A DNA stretch of 64,000 bases from Eledone cirrhosa (lineage: Eukaryota): NCBI GenBank assembly GCA_964016885.1, contig OZ024745.1:70990001-71054000 (forward strand), written 5' to 3'. How positions within the stretch are numbered: position 1 is the first letter of the stretch; each line of letters starts with the position of its first letter. The notes below the pieces were generated by a model that worked only from the letters and a program-made list of their open reading frames with translations, was not told the DNA's origin and ran no database searches. Shown piece by piece: positions 25,115-40,052 of this stretch. Position numbers and translations under genes: made by a program.

Positions 25115-25943
25115 TACATTATATACATATATATATATACATATATATACGTACATAAATATACACACACACACATTGTAAATATTAGTAATATATCAAT
25201 AATATATTAGTATCCGTGTCAATGTTAGCTTTAATACCTATCACATGAAATACTTAGCTGTTGACTTACTTCACCTCGGGAGAGTTGGATCTTGATTTAA
25301 ATATTCATAGATATATTTAGGCAAATATTTTTAATGAAAACATTATAAGTTTTGGAGATCTTTAAAGTTCAAATTTTGTTTGTTATATTTTAACTAGCTC
25401 ATCAAAATAAATATATTGTTTTCATTAAAACTGATTTTTGTTTTCAATTTAATCAACCGTCTATAATTAATCAATAGATCCTGTATGTGTAAACATGTAA
25501 AAAATATAAAACATCTAACTAATCTCTCTCATAAGAGGAAGCAGCTTTCGTTAAACCATCGGAGAAACTGAATTAATCTGTTGATGGGCGTCAACGTGTA
25601 ATTTAAACCAGATAGATGGACGGATGGAGAGAAATAGTGAGAAATAGAGAGGTTGAGAAAGAGAGAAAAATAGATCAGAGAGACATGGTGAAATGCACTT
25701 TTTGGCATGGTACTGATGCTTAGCGCCATGTTAATAACTCCCACCACATCCAGCAGCACCATTAGCATCGTTATCTTTGATTAGACACTTTACTTTGCTA
25801 CCTCTTTAGGTGAATATCCTCAAAGAAATCAATGATATCCAAAGCCAATGATATCAAACAATAAATAAACCGATATGTTTCTTTTCATGTGAGATGATCA
25901 ACATGACTCTGAAACCATATTTTACATATTAACTCTATATCAT

Positions 25944-26123
25944 AATTGTTTCTACTTTTGGCACAAGGCCAGCAATTACCCAGTAGATTACTGGTACTTT
26001 ATTTTATCGACCCCGTAAGGATGAAAGGCAAAGTTAACCTCGGCGGGATTTGAACTCAGACCGTAAAGGGACGTAACTATGCTGGAAAGCATGGCGTCCG
26101 ACTCTCTACTGATACTGCCAATC
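25944..26123 (-). mobile_element. SINE (60594 family, short young variant)
   Basis: Close match to 27170-27354 and 28075-28178. Confidence 0.85.
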
Positions 26124-26299
26124 CAAATAATTGTACGTCTGTCCGTCACACGAACGCTACGTTCTGTCAATTTAGAATTCATGGAATAAATGCGTATTTC
26201 AAAAGAGGGAAGGCAAATGTCTTAAAGTTTTAAAATGTATTCCTTGTCAATGATGATCTCCATCTTATTCCTCCCTCTGTCTATAAATCTCTATCTCTA

Positions 26300-26352
<53 letters not shown>

Positions 26353-26361
26353 GGGGGGGGG

Positions 26362-26461
26362 GTAGTTAAAATATGCTAAAATAATTTATATACTAGTACA
26401 TTACCCATTGTTTTATGGGTAATGTACTAGTATATAAATTATCTTAACATATTTTAACTAC
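26362..26461. repeat. Hairpin inverted repeat (~47-bp arms)
   Basis: gtagttaaaatatg...tacattacccat / atgggtaatgta...catattttaactac. Confidence 0.85.
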
Positions 26462-27169
26462 AACCACATAACGATAGAGAATGGTTGAGTGACTATATTC
26501 TATTACTTTACTAGTTCATCTTCAATGTCAGTACAACAGACATATATTTCAGCAAGATTTAATAATGAGCCTTTAGTTACGTCCTTCAGTCACTACAATT
26601 AACAGTGATGACTTTATTAAAGCTTTCATTGTTCAAAATAACCATAGCTTATATTTATAACACTGAGTCAGACTGGGAACTGAAATTTCAGACACTCGTT
26701 ACGGTCTTTCATATCCCTTCGTTAGAAAGCTTGATTTGGAGAGGGACAACTGACCCATTTTCCCCCACCTCACTGGTGGACACCTCTGATTACAACATAA
26801 ACATGGTGAGTGATATATGGCAAAGAGAAATAGTGTGACGTAGAGAGCTACACAATCACACAAGGAGTTACAGTATTAAATGGCGAGTCAAGGCATGACC
26901 CTGGAACCTATGATATGATATAATTAAGGTAAGCTGAAAATAGGGATGACATATGATTGTTTAGCTAGTTTCTATTGTTAGCTGAAATCCTACATAATAT
27001 ATTCTGTTGGAATACCACATCATTTCGAAGCGTTCAATAGTGTTCCAAAGACCAATTAGTTTACCACATATTAACTGTAGATCACGTACAGGAAAGGCTA
27101 TCATAGATTGACTTGTCTTTCATTCATGGGGAGAAGTAGACGGGTGGTTTTACTTTATTTCAATAAATA

Positions 27170-27354
27170 ATTGTTTCTACTTTTAGCACAAGGCCAGCAA
27201 TTACCCAGTACATTACTGGTACTTTATTTTATCGACCCCGTAAGGATGAAAGGCAAAGTTAACCTCGGCGGGATTTGAACTCAGAATGGCAAGGGCCGTA
27301 ACTCTATGCGTCAAAGCATGGCGTCCGACCCTCTGCCGATACTGCCAATTCACC
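27170..27354 (-). mobile_element. SINE (60594 family, short young variant)
   Basis: Close match to 25944-26123. Confidence 0.85.
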
Positions 27355-28074
27355 ATTTCAATAAATAATTGTTTCTTGCCAGCCAGAAACTGGTAACGTG
27401 TGGTTTTTCACTCAACTGATCAGGTGTCATTCATAATCTTCCTTCAACTATTATTTTCTACCAAAAACATCCCGCCTTATCTTTTGAATAACATCATAAA
27501 GCAGATACGTTACTGAAGCTTTAGTATTTAAAAGTTCATTGATTTTAGAACTGTTCGAATAAGGCTAGAAAGGAAAACTCGTGCTGTTGATGTTTTCTCT
27601 CTAATGGATGGCATATCTATTTTAGAGAACTTCCAGAATATTGCAATGTTTTAGTAAGAGAAATCAATTATTTCTCTTCTTGGTATCATAGTATATTTTA
27701 GGTTCTCTGCTTTAGTAAATATATTTGCACAGTCATAGTTTCTTGTTAGATCACTATATATAAATATAAATGCTTCAGACTTTCAGGCTTTCATTCAGAC
27801 TCGCCATCATATACGTACATGATTATAAATATGTATGTATGTATGTAGGTATGTATGTATGTATGTATGTGCATGAAAATGATAAAAGATATGTGCGTTT
27901 ATATGAGAATATAAAGTAATATTTTGTACGTGTATGTATATTGTATGTGATTTTGCTTGTGTTTACAAATATAACAATATTGTACAATATGAGTTTGTGT
28001 GTTTATTTGTTTGTGTGTGTGTGCGTGTATAATAATAGATATGTAAGTGTATGAGTAAGTGCATATATAGCAAT

Positions 28075-28178
28075 AATTGTTTCTACTTTTGGCACAAGGT
28101 CAGCAATTAACCAGTGTATTACTGGTACTTTATTTTATCGACCCCGTAAGGATGAAAGGCAAAGTTAACCTCGGCGGC
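28075..28178 (-). mobile_element. Truncated SINE (60594 family)
   Basis: 3' half only. Confidence 0.8.
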
Positions 28179-28316
28179 AATAATGTTTGTATATAGGTGT
28201 CGTGCAATGCGTTATGTGATGTGATGGATCCCTAGGAATTATCTTAAATTCCGCTTAACATTTATCACCATATCACCATATTAAAATACGTGACCATGTG
28301 TGTGTAATATATATAT

Positions 28317-28413
<97 letters not shown>

Positions 28414-28467
28414 CACAGTACAATGAAAACATATATTAGTTTAACGCTTGATATTGGTGGAAAAGAG

Positions 28468-28503
28468 TCTTTACGTTTTGGATACTAGTCCTTCGTCAGA
28501 AGA
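28468..28503 (-). ncRNA. Degenerate minimal hammerhead motif
   Basis: Minus strand reads tctt-CTGACGA-a-gga-ctagta-tcc-aAAA-cg-TA^aaga. The core G of GAAA is mutated. Confidence 0.5.
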
Positions 28504-28821
28504 TAAAATAGAAAGATACAGAACAAGATGAGGAAGGAACGGAAAATTATTTTTTATAAATGCACATTATATTCAGCCAGCCAATTGCATATATATCTGT
28601 GTGTATGTGTGTGTGTACAGAGAAAGAGGGGGGGACCTGACCGCGACTCCAAGCGTTCTAGGTTTTACCTTCCTCTGTACTCACCATGCTTCTTCACATG
28701 CATAGAGTACACCCCCGATTTGTCGTTTCCCCGGCCTGCCTCATCTCCGTAGACTTCATATATATGTGTGTGTGCGCGCGCTGCGTGTATATAGGTCCAT
28801 CTGGTTTCTTACCACACTTTG

Positions 28822-28864
<43 letters not shown>

Positions 28865-29273
28865 TACGGGGTAACAGATTATTGTATAGGTAGTCCACTT
28901 AGGTGTAGTCCAGTTAGGGTACTCCGAGTAGTGGATAGTATTAACGCTTGGCTAAGTTTGACTCAACAAGGCGTTTCCATAGTGATGCTGCGAGTACGCG
29001 GTGATTTCTATGTTGTTAACACTTGGAGTAATGATAAATCCGGAAAGAAGAGTGACACAGTTTGCTATACAAAAAAGGTTTTTAATCTCATTGCTGACCA
29101 TTATTTCTCTGAACTGGTAGGTCTAGAGATCGCTACCCGCTTGTTTTCACGTCATTCGATCACCAATACATAGCTGTAACCAGTCAATTCATCAGAGCTT
29201 GTGAGAATGAAATATATATATATGTATATATGTATATATATATGTTACAACAATATGAGCCTCCCCAATATAA

Positions 29274-29331
<58 letters not shown>

Positions 29332-29339
29332 CTGTGTGT

Positions 29340-29389
<50 letters not shown>

Positions 29390-31127
29390 TAAATAACCTT
29401 CGATCTACGTTTTCTGAATGAGAAAGGCAGGATGTCTTTATGCTTTCATCTTATCACCATATATTTTCTTTGTTTTTCTAAACATATTATTACAGTTATA
29501 GGAGTGACGATAGTGAAAGTTTGCATAAACATTAGTGTACGTGTTCTTTTCTGACATACATTGTTTTAGTTTTGTTTTTTATTCTGTTGTTTTCTTTTGT
29601 CTGTGCTGTTTGTCTATTCTCTGAATGTGTCAGTTACATATGACGTTATCCACCGATAGAATTAAGTACACGAAATCTACTTATACATTAATTATACGTG
29701 GTCGACTAATTATGACAGTGTATAATAAATATGTTTCTTCACTGGGTAGATAAATATATATACAAGGTAAATATATAAATAAATAAATTCTTTTCTTTAC
29801 TGCACTGCCATATTTCTATGTCATAGCATGACTTAAAGAAGTATGTCCAGTTAAGATGGCCGACAAAGTCGTCTGCTTTTATAGAGAGAGTGGGAAGTTT
29901 TAGATGTAATAATAGGAGTAACTTGAGGATTTTTTTCTGGGTGATATTTTTTTTTTTTTTTGCTGTTTACATCAGTCACTGGATGATTAAGTGATTAACT
30001 GATTACGTTATTTGAATTAATGTTACACATAGAATGATAAATAAGATGGCTGATATCACAAATCACATGCCAGAGAACAGTCAATCACAAGCTTATTTTG
30101 TTGCAGAACCCTTATACGCAAGGCCAGTGCCTGGATATTTAACAACCTAGGCTAGTTCAACAATATGTACCGCACTCTCGCAAATAAAACAATTTTGACT
30201 AATAATCTTTTGCTACTTCTTGCTCTATTAAGCCTGCATTTTCTATTAGACAGTCCACATACCCCCACGCCATATCATGTTACATATCATAACACCATAC
30301 GACCCTCTGCACCGCTTTGGATATTTCAACAATGCTACTGTGTGGCAAAGATGTTTAGTTATATATTTATTGATTGCAAGAAATGAATATATATTTAATT
30401 ATACACATTTCTATAAACTTATGGTCCATTAAAATTCAGGGACAATTCTCACGAATCCAATTTTAATAAGATATTTTATAAACAATAGTTATTTATGTAT
30501 TGATTATATTCATATGAAATAAAACGTCATAATCTTTTTATTAAATTACATTTGAAATCAACTTATCTCGCAGAACTCTAGAATTTGTTTACACATTTCT
30601 GGGGTTCCTCTGAACTCACTTTGAGAAGCATGCTTTATAAAAAATAGTTCATCATTTATTTTCGGGGTACTAACTATTATTTCAATATTTTACCATTTAG
30701 TTTAGATCGACAATTATTCATCGATTATATTCTACGTAAACGAACAATAAGTATGTGCGGAATGTTTTATAGTTTATGAAGGTATGAAATGATTGAATAT
30801 TCATCAGTATATTAATATAGAGCCGTTCCCAGGTAAAAATATGGAAGTTATGAACTTTGGGCATCAAGCCAGAAAACTTTAGAGTTATTAAAAATAAGTA
30901 GACAATGCTGGTGTTCTTGCTATTGTTGTTATTGTTTAAACCCAGCACAGTTGTAATCCTGTAGACATATGATCAACGGTGTACCAGTCAATGACAATCT
31001 AATCTTTTGTATATATATGTGTGTGTGTGTGTTCATAACCATTCCTGCAGCATGGCTACCGTGTTTCAGTAAAAGCTATGTTTGATAAGCTTCGCTATAT
31101 ATGTATACCTTTATATATATACACAGG

Positions 31128-31327
<200 letters not shown>

Positions 31328-31340
31328 AATACATATATAT

Positions 31341-31505
31341 AACGAAGGAAGTGTGGTAAGGAACCAGGTGTACCATAACGCACCAGAGTACTCGATACTT
31401 TGGGTAGTAGCGTGGGTAATAGGAAAAGAGTGATGACAACGACGCGTTCAGATCTAGCTGTCGAAACGGCCAGAGCTCAGCCGTCGGGGTCCTGACTCTT
31501 TTCAT
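31341..31505 (-). mobile_element. Fold-back repeat family A copy
   Basis: Minus-strand body plus a plus-strand arm gaaacggccagagctcagccgtcggggtcc. Confidence 0.7.
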
Positions 31506-33647
31506 ATATATATACATATATATAATCCAGCGTGTGCTTTGGTTTAAGGATATCATTTTATGAAAATTTAGGCAGGTTGGGGAAAACCACCTCGATGATA
31601 CCTCATTTGTTCATGTGTGTGGGGAAGATTTCTGTGTTAGAATATGCCATAATAATTTTGACTTTCAGTTAGCTTCAACTGAGACCCAGGTCTTTTAGGT
31701 AGCTAACGACACATTTGCATAACTCGGTTATTGGAATCAAGATATTGAGGTGTTTTTGTTTTTTTTTAATATAAACCTGTCTTCAATCCTGCCAAATATT
31801 GGTTATTTTATTATTTATTGTTATTATTTTTAGACATAAAACAGGTTATTTCAATCAGTATTTTTATCTCACCATTCATTGTATTGATTACAATAAATGC
31901 TACAATTATAGATTATATGTTATGGCTATTTAGCACCAAGCCAATCTTAATCTTTCACTTATGATCAAAGACCTTTTAACCGCCACCATCCCATATTTTT
32001 TCAGAGTTAGATTATTTAAGATGAATTTGATTTGGTAGAGTTATTAAGCCTTAGATATTTGCCAAGGTCCAATGAGCATTTTATCCGTTCAGAGTCGATA
32101 AAATACCCGTTCAATACTGGTGCAGCCCTCAGCTGTCACATGTTCAATGTTCGGCTGAATCAAGAGAGCATGAATGAGAGTTTGACTGTCTATTCATGAC
32201 TACATGGGTATCTAAACCCATTGAATAATGTAGCATGAGATTCACTGAATATAGTAAAAAGAAAGGGCACAGCTCGAGCATCTTTGATGATAGGTCTGCT
32301 CGGTAAAAGCTTAACTGGAGTAAACCATAAAGACACGTGAGAATCCTTACTTAGTCATTTTCTTTGAAATAGCAGCCAAACCTTCTTCGAATTTCACCAC
32401 ACCGCCATAAAAAAAGGAAAACACATGAGAAAGCTTTGGAATTGTACTAATGAGAAACTGTTGAAACCAAAGCAATTTACATCGTAGAAGAGTTATTTTA
32501 CGTATTGAAATAGCAAACAAAATGTTGAATTCACTTTACATTCATCCTTTATTTCTTGTTGTCAAACTCATTGTCATACTGTTTGCAACCTCGTCACTGA
32601 TAGTAGAATTGTGTCAGTAAAAATGTCAAAAACAGTACGACGTATATTTTAACCCAGAGAAATAAATGATAAATGTAAAATGAAATTGGCAGTTTGTGTG
32701 CGTTTTTGAATAGGTAAAATGACACTTCGATGACGAAATTGCATTAGATAATGCAGTTTTTGTATACCCTATTAAACCTTATGTATGACAAAAATATGGT
32801 TTGGTAGTAGTTTTGACCTGGTTTTGAGCTAAGCAATAACAACAACGTCTAAAATGTCGATTAAAAGATTTGTTGGTCGCCTAAACAAGAGTTGGCAGAG
32901 GGTACTCAAGAACAATAACAAAAGCAGCAGCAGCAGCAATCTTTAAAAAACGTTCTAGTTATATTTTATAGTCGTAAAGTGTTCCATATGTTAGTATCTA
33001 TCGAACCATTCTTGAAAACGTCTGTGAATGAATCAATCGGACAGCTAATTTTTTGTATGTTTGTTTTTTTCAAATTTCGTTTTGTCGTCCCATTTTGATT
33101 TTTATATGTATGGTTATATATTTGCTTATTGTTGCTGTTCATGTTGCTGATGCTGTTGTTGTGTTTCATTTTTATACTTATTATGTTTGTCTGGTTGAGC
33201 TAATGTAATTATGAGGCCTGAAAAAATAATGGGTGATGGGAAATGTGGAAACGTGATGGAAATGCAACTCAGACGTGAGCGATCAATTAAAAGAAAGCAA
33301 GATACTGAGAGAAGGAGACAGAAAAAAATATTTATAATATATGATATACATGTAACAAAATTATCAATGGAAAATAAAGTAAAAGGTGATAGAGAAAAAA
33401 GATGAATAAAACGAAGAATAAGATGAGATATTTAAATAGTCTGAAGGGTGATTCGGTTTCGATAAACGCTAGTTTATTTCTTATCAAATTTCTCATTTCT
33501 TTTAATAATCTTATCAAGACTAGCTGTAACATTCATATACATGTATATATATATATATATAATATTTCTAATAGCTTCAGTCATAGGACTGCGGCAGTGT
33601 TGGGCCACTGCTTTGATTTGGGTGATCATATATATATATATATATAT

Positions 33648-33685
<38 letters not shown>

Positions 33686-34989
33686 GCGTGTGTGCGTGTG
33701 TGTGTGTGTGTTAAAAATATATTCCAAGCGATTTAAACGCGACTCAATTATTCCTGTTGATAGTAAATTCGCACTCGTTGTGGTTTCAAATTTAGTTCCG
33801 AAAACAATTTTCCATAGATGTACAAAGAATATAATAGAATTGATCAAGACTATTACTCTTCTTTCTTTCCTTCCTTTCTTCGTATATATTTTTCTTGGTT
33901 TTTAATTTTTTTTTTTTTATTCGTCTTTCCTCAGCTCGTTTTTCTCAAACTCATTTTTTCCCGTTTTATATGTATTTTCCGTTTCTCTCATTCTCCTTTT
34001 CCTCAACCACCTTTTCTTTGCGGTTTATAAGACAATGAGTTCTTAGTAGTGGGGGATCAAAAATAGTGGTATTAGTTCGGCGAGAAACCGTGTTAGTCTT
34101 AAAACTACTTTCGTAAACAAAACAGATGCCAAAAACCAGGCCTAATCAATACATATACTGCTATCTTTCTGTAATTATTATACGTCGATAATTCTGTATG
34201 AATGTGTGTGAGAGAGTGTGTGTGTATAAGTATATATGTATGGGCACGTGTGTTTTTATTTTTATGTATTTATATTTATGTATTTGTATGTATATGTGTA
34301 TATTTATGTATATGTGTGTATATATATATATGTGTGCGTATGTGAGTATATTTGTGCACATGTACACGTATGCGTGTGAGTGTGCGTTTGCGTATAAATA
34401 AATGTGTATATGTGAGCAACATAGAAGGCACCTCATTATGTATAATCAGTTTGAAGCTGAGAAACTAAAATCAAAAATATAATATAAATTGCATTATCAT
34501 CTTGAATGTTAAGTCATATAATAAAAATGAAAACTTATGTAACTTATGCATTGCAGAAACCTATTTAATCCTATTTACGTAAACAAATGTTACAGACACT
34601 TCGGAAGAGTCTCTTCATGCCAGCATTATACATACATACATACATACATACATACATACATACATACATACATACATACATACATACATACATACATACA
34701 TGTATGTATGTGTATGTGTGTGTGTGTGTGTGTATATATTTCGTATTAATCGACACAAATACATCACTAATCCATATTATGTACGTTCTTGCATTATTCT
34801 AAACTAGTATGAGATTTCACCGAATTGCAGTTCTCTGTAGGGAAGTAAATTTAAAAGGTTAATGATATTTCGGATAAAATTAATTATACTAATCGAAATG
34901 AATTCAATAATTTTTTTCAATTATGTAATACATGTGGAAATTGTAATAACTACAGAAAATTAATTCTTTTCTATTTTCATCTTTTCCAG

Positions 34990-36193
34990 GCTGGACAGTG
35001 TGTTGGGAAGTTTTGCAACTTATGCTCGCTTGAAAGGGCGCTACGACGATGACTGGATCGACCGGTTAAATCACCTTTACACGACAATAATATTTATTAT
35101 TTTCACAATTGTTGTGAGCACCAAGCAGTATGTTGGGGAACCGATTCACTGCTGGTGCCCTGCACAGTTTACTTCCGGACACAGGGATTATGCCAATAAC
35201 GTGTGTTGGATATCAAACACGTACTACGTTCCTTTCGAGGAACGAATACCTTTGCACCGGGAGGGAAAACAGCAGAAGGAGATCGGATATTATCAATGGG
35301 TTCCCATGATCCTTCTCTTCCAAGCCTTGTTATTTAAAGTTCCTTGCATTTTGTGGAGGATCCTTGGTGCTTCCGGAGGCGTAAACCTGGATAAGATTGT
35401 TACGTTAGCAGCCGACACCCAATTTGTGGCTCCTGAAGATCGAGAGAGAACTATCAAACATATAGTCCGATATATGGACCGCTGGCTTGAAAACGCCAGG
35501 GAATATCGATCGGGCTGCCTCATACGAATGCGCCAGACTCTATCGAAATACTGTTGCATTGTGTGGGGGAAACGCTATGGAAATTACCTCTTTATTATCT
35601 ACATGGTTATCAAGATTTTTTACATGGGAAATGCTGTAGGACAGCTTTTCATTTTGAATGAATTTTTAGGCACAAACTATAATCTGTACGGATTCGAAGT
35701 TCTGAGTCACTTAGCCAATGGAGATGACTGGACGGAGTCTCCAAGATTCCCACGTGTGACGATGTGTGACTTTGAAATTCGCCAGATGCAAAATGTTCAT
35801 AAATACACTGTACAGTGTGTGCTACCCATCAACCTATTCAATGAGAAGATTTTTATTTTCATTTGGTTCTGGTTAGTGTTTGTTTCAACCTTTAGTGCCG
35901 GCAATTTTCTGATATGGTTTTATGCAATGGTATTCCGCCAACACCGTATTAGATACCTGAAAAAGTTCCTGAGAGTGAACGAATGTTACAAGACAGAACT
36001 GGATAAAAAAATGGCGGTGAAATTCGCGGATCAATACTTAAGGCATGATGGGATATTTGTTTTGAGACTTGTAGGCAAAAACGCCAATGACGTGCTGGTA
36101 TCCGAGCTTGTTCTTCAACTGTGGAACCATTACCGGAACAAGCCACTTTTTCGGCACGCCAACCCCATTAGCGACGACAACAGTAACGTCTGA
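34990..36193 (+). CDS. Innexin (invertebrate gap-junction protein, UNC-9/UNC-7-like), main coding exon
   Basis: About 400 aa with innexin signatures DDDWIDRLNH, QYVGEPIHCWCP, YYQWVP, FPRVTMCDF and QCVLPINLFNEKIF, four hydrophobic segments and paired extracellular Cys. A polypyrimidine tract plus CAG acceptor (ttttctattttcatcttttccag, AG 34988-34989) opens the exon in phase 2 (g|CTG GAC AGT GTG = xLDSV). The GTG start at 35000 in the ORF track is therefore probably not the true start. Confidence 0.96.
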
Positions 36194-36418
36194 CTAGCCG
36201 TCAGGCACCTTATCAAATTTCTTCAACTCAAACAACACTCACGTTTGTTACGCCTGCTATGGCCCGTGGAGGCCGAACACGGTGTCCTTCTATCAGGAAG
36301 GGCACTCAAAGGACAGCGACAACAACAGATATGTCGCGAGTCAAACGAAATTCGGCTGGGGTATTGCCAAGGCAACACAACTAGCTGCGGACAGCCCAAA
36401 AAAACTATACCAAAATAA
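36194..36418 (+). CDS. Putative stop-codon readthrough extension of the innexin (74 aa)
   Basis: TGA at 36191-36193 is followed by CTAG and an in-frame open stretch LAVRHLIKFLQLKQHSRLLRLLWPVEAEHG...GQPKKTIPK to TAA at 36416-36418. Composition switches to A/T-rich at about the second stop. Confidence 0.5.
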   Translation, partial: LAVRHLIKFLQLKQHSRLLRLLWPVEAEHGVLLSGRALKGQRQQQICRESNEIRLGYCQGNTTSCGQPKKTIPK

Positions 36419-37415
36419 ATTTTAAAAAAAAACAACATCCAAAGTGTTTTAAACTATCAGATTAATAGAATGAAATTTAATCTTTTTTTTTTTGTTTATT
36501 AATCAACCTTAGTCATAGGATTAAGTAACCATTTAAAATAAATAAGGCTGGGTGAGTCTTCATTCCATAAAGATACTGGCAACTGAAACTACGTAAACAG
36601 TAAACACTTTCTTCCCCTTAATATAAAATAATTAGCAAAATAAAATCTAGTGTTTGCTTCACTGAATTAATTAAACCATAAATGATAGAATATTATTCTT
36701 GTAAATATAAAACAAGTAAACATTTACCAAATATTTGGTTGGTTACTCAGGACAAGAACGTTAAGTTGTAGAGAAAAGAGAACACAAACTAGACAAGTGA
36801 AAAGGAAAGAAAGTTAATAAGCATCATATGAATGGTAAAAGTAATATTTATTAAATTAAATTAAATTATATTGAAAGATTAGTAACATTGAACTAGCGAG
36901 AAGACTAAAACATATATACACACAGTAACCTATACAGGGTAACACATACGTAGAACATTAAGTGTATAAGAAAAACTTCCTCGCTACAATGACACAGCTC
37001 TGTAGCTACATAATACTTGTCAACAAACATAATTATTGTAAATTATTTAAGACCAATCATAAGTGTTGAAGAGACGTCACAACAGTAAAGATCATGTTTC
37101 CTGATATGTTTCTAACTAAATTAACGGGGCAATATAGGAAAATTATACATAATAAAATTTACTACTGCTACCACTACCACTATTACTACTACTTACCAGC
37201 ACCACTACAACAACTACTACTACTACTGCTACTACTACTATTGCTGCTGCTGCTACTAACAAGAACACTATAGTTATTTTAATGGATATCTTAATAGCAA
37301 TTCCTGAAGTTAGTTTTATAATTTTTTCTTCACAATTCGTAATAAAAATTATAAATTTAGTTTCAACTGTCTCACTTCCAAATAAACTCATACACACGCA
37401 TACATATGTGTAAAT

Positions 37416-37501
<86 letters not shown>

Positions 37502-37735
37502 TTGTATTGTGTGTGGAAGGTATTTACATTTACATACAGATAGAGACATGGAACACGCATATACATATAAATAGTCATAGTAAACTACATAGTTCCTATT
37601 AATGTGAGTTTATAACATATGTTACTTAAAGCCATTTCAGTATACGCATATGTATGAATACCTACTTCAATTTCTTCAATTTACAAAAATTTGTTTCACT
37701 ATATTTTACAAAAAAAAACACACAAAAACCACATG

Positions 37736-37800
<65 letters not shown>

Positions 37801-39132
37801 CGGTTTTACGCAGACATGTCTAAGCTGGCTCACCAACTAACATACTACGAATTATATTGTGAGAATTAAAACTATGTTTAATTGACAAGAATATTTAAGT
37901 AATTTCAGAAATTATGTAACTATTAGTTATATATTTACATACTATATTCATATACTACCCATATATATCTTTATATATATGGGTGTGTGTAAATAAGTTA
38001 GATGTTAGTATATTATATAAAGGTTTGTGGCAGTGGCAGTATGTTAAACATTTTCAATAACAAATAATAATTCAGTCATTTAATATTTTCTTCATTTTTT
38101 CGTATTTTTTAATATAACAGAATGAAGCCAATTATTGTCACAATTGGTTGTTTTGTTATTGTTGTTGAATTTTGTTGATTTTTTTATAGTCTCTTCCCCA
38201 TCCACTCCACCACAATATAAAAATTAAAAGTGTTTTCCTCTCTTTGAAAAATTAGAACAGTATTGATTAAACTAAACATTTTACAATATGAAAATTTAGA
38301 AGAGAATGTATTTCTAGGCCGTCCATCTTCCAGCTCAGTGTGCTCATACATACATGCACAGACACAGCCACAAGCACAGGGATAATAATCACAAACTTAC
38401 ATAATCTCTCACATACACAGGCACACATTTTCAATGTGTGAAATGGCAGTAAATCTTTTGTATCATTTTTATACAGAACAGGCCTTAACTGAGCACCACG
38501 AAGTATACAGAAGCATCATCCCTTTTGTTTATATGTTTGGGGTTTTTTTTTTAATTTTATTTTCACTAGTGATACCCGATTGCCACACCTCACCTACAGT
38601 ACATCGTAGCAGCCCCCTCTAACTATTAAAGAAATTCTGCCATAAAAGTAAATCTCCTTATGATGTTTCCTTGATCCCCGACGAGAGTTCTTCATCGATC
38701 CACATTCTTTGAGACTCAATACGTCGGAATCATGGTGACACTATATAGGTGGAGTACTACTGTCGTACAACACTAATCTTTAAAATCCAGTAATACAAAT
38801 TTAGATAAACAAAACTTAATAATGAACAAATAAATAAATAATAAACCAAGCAGCAATAATTCTTATTATGATTAGCTATAGAATAAATTATTTATTATAA
38901 CTGAAATTATCATTATAATATGCTAACAAATATTAACTAATAATCCAAGCACAATTTATAGAGCACCAAAATTCAAATTTTCTTTTTCTTGACAAGCTGG
39001 CGTGATGTAATCTTAAAATATGAAAGTTCTCTATCTATATTCACACACATCACGTTCATGTAAATAAATTTAGATACACACACATACACATATATGCAAA
39101 CATACACACAGGCACACGTATATGGATATATA

Positions 39133-39180
<48 letters not shown>

Positions 39181-39899
39181 CAGTTATGCGTGCATATGTA
39201 AATATGAAATGATATATATACAAAGTTATATATAGTTATATGTATATAATGTATATGATTATAAAATCACTCATACATTACAAAAACAAGCATTTTACCT
39301 ATATCTACGAAGTATTATATTCCTGCATATATGTGTATATGTTCGTGTGTGTGTGTATGTACATATAAATGCTTAAATGTCTGTGTGAATGTGTGTGTGT
39401 ATGTGTAAGTGTATATTTGTATATAGGTGTATACATATATATATATATACACATATATATACACACATGTATACACACATACATACATGTACACACGCAA
39501 ATATATTTAGATTTAGAATATACCCTTTCAGTTATTTTTTTTTAATTACAACATTTTTAATTATATTATATATAACAATCTAAACATTTTTATAGAAAAA
39601 TTTAAACTTGCCCCTCTTTTGAATAATAATTCTTCGTTAAGTTGAACGATTCTTACCTGTTGTAATTACAATAAATTTATTTAAATATAAAATACATACA
39701 TACGCAATGGCATACACGTAAAATACTCAGACAGAAATATACATAGTTGTATACATACATGTTTACGTTTATATATAAATATATGTGTGTGTATTTGTGT
39801 ATATATGCATGTATGTGTATGTATATATATATACATAAATATATACATAAATAAATATACACATAATATACATAAACATATACATATAATATACATATA

Positions 39900-40052
<153 letters not shown>

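Noticed and set aside
30035-30150. Short ORF MINKMADITNHMPENSQ... as an innexin first exon
   Set aside because: It reaches a TAG with no convincing phase-2 GT donor.
35000-35002. GTG as the innexin start codon
   Set aside because: A strong splice acceptor lies 10 nt upstream and the frame continues through L-D-S, so GTG most likely encodes Val.
35293-36146. Minus-strand ORFs 35293-35559 and 35949-36146
   Set aside because: They are antisense shadows of the innexin exon.
36191-36193. UGA as selenocysteine
   Set aside because: I recognise no SECIS element by eye, and innexins are not known selenoproteins. The CTAG context favours ordinary readthrough.
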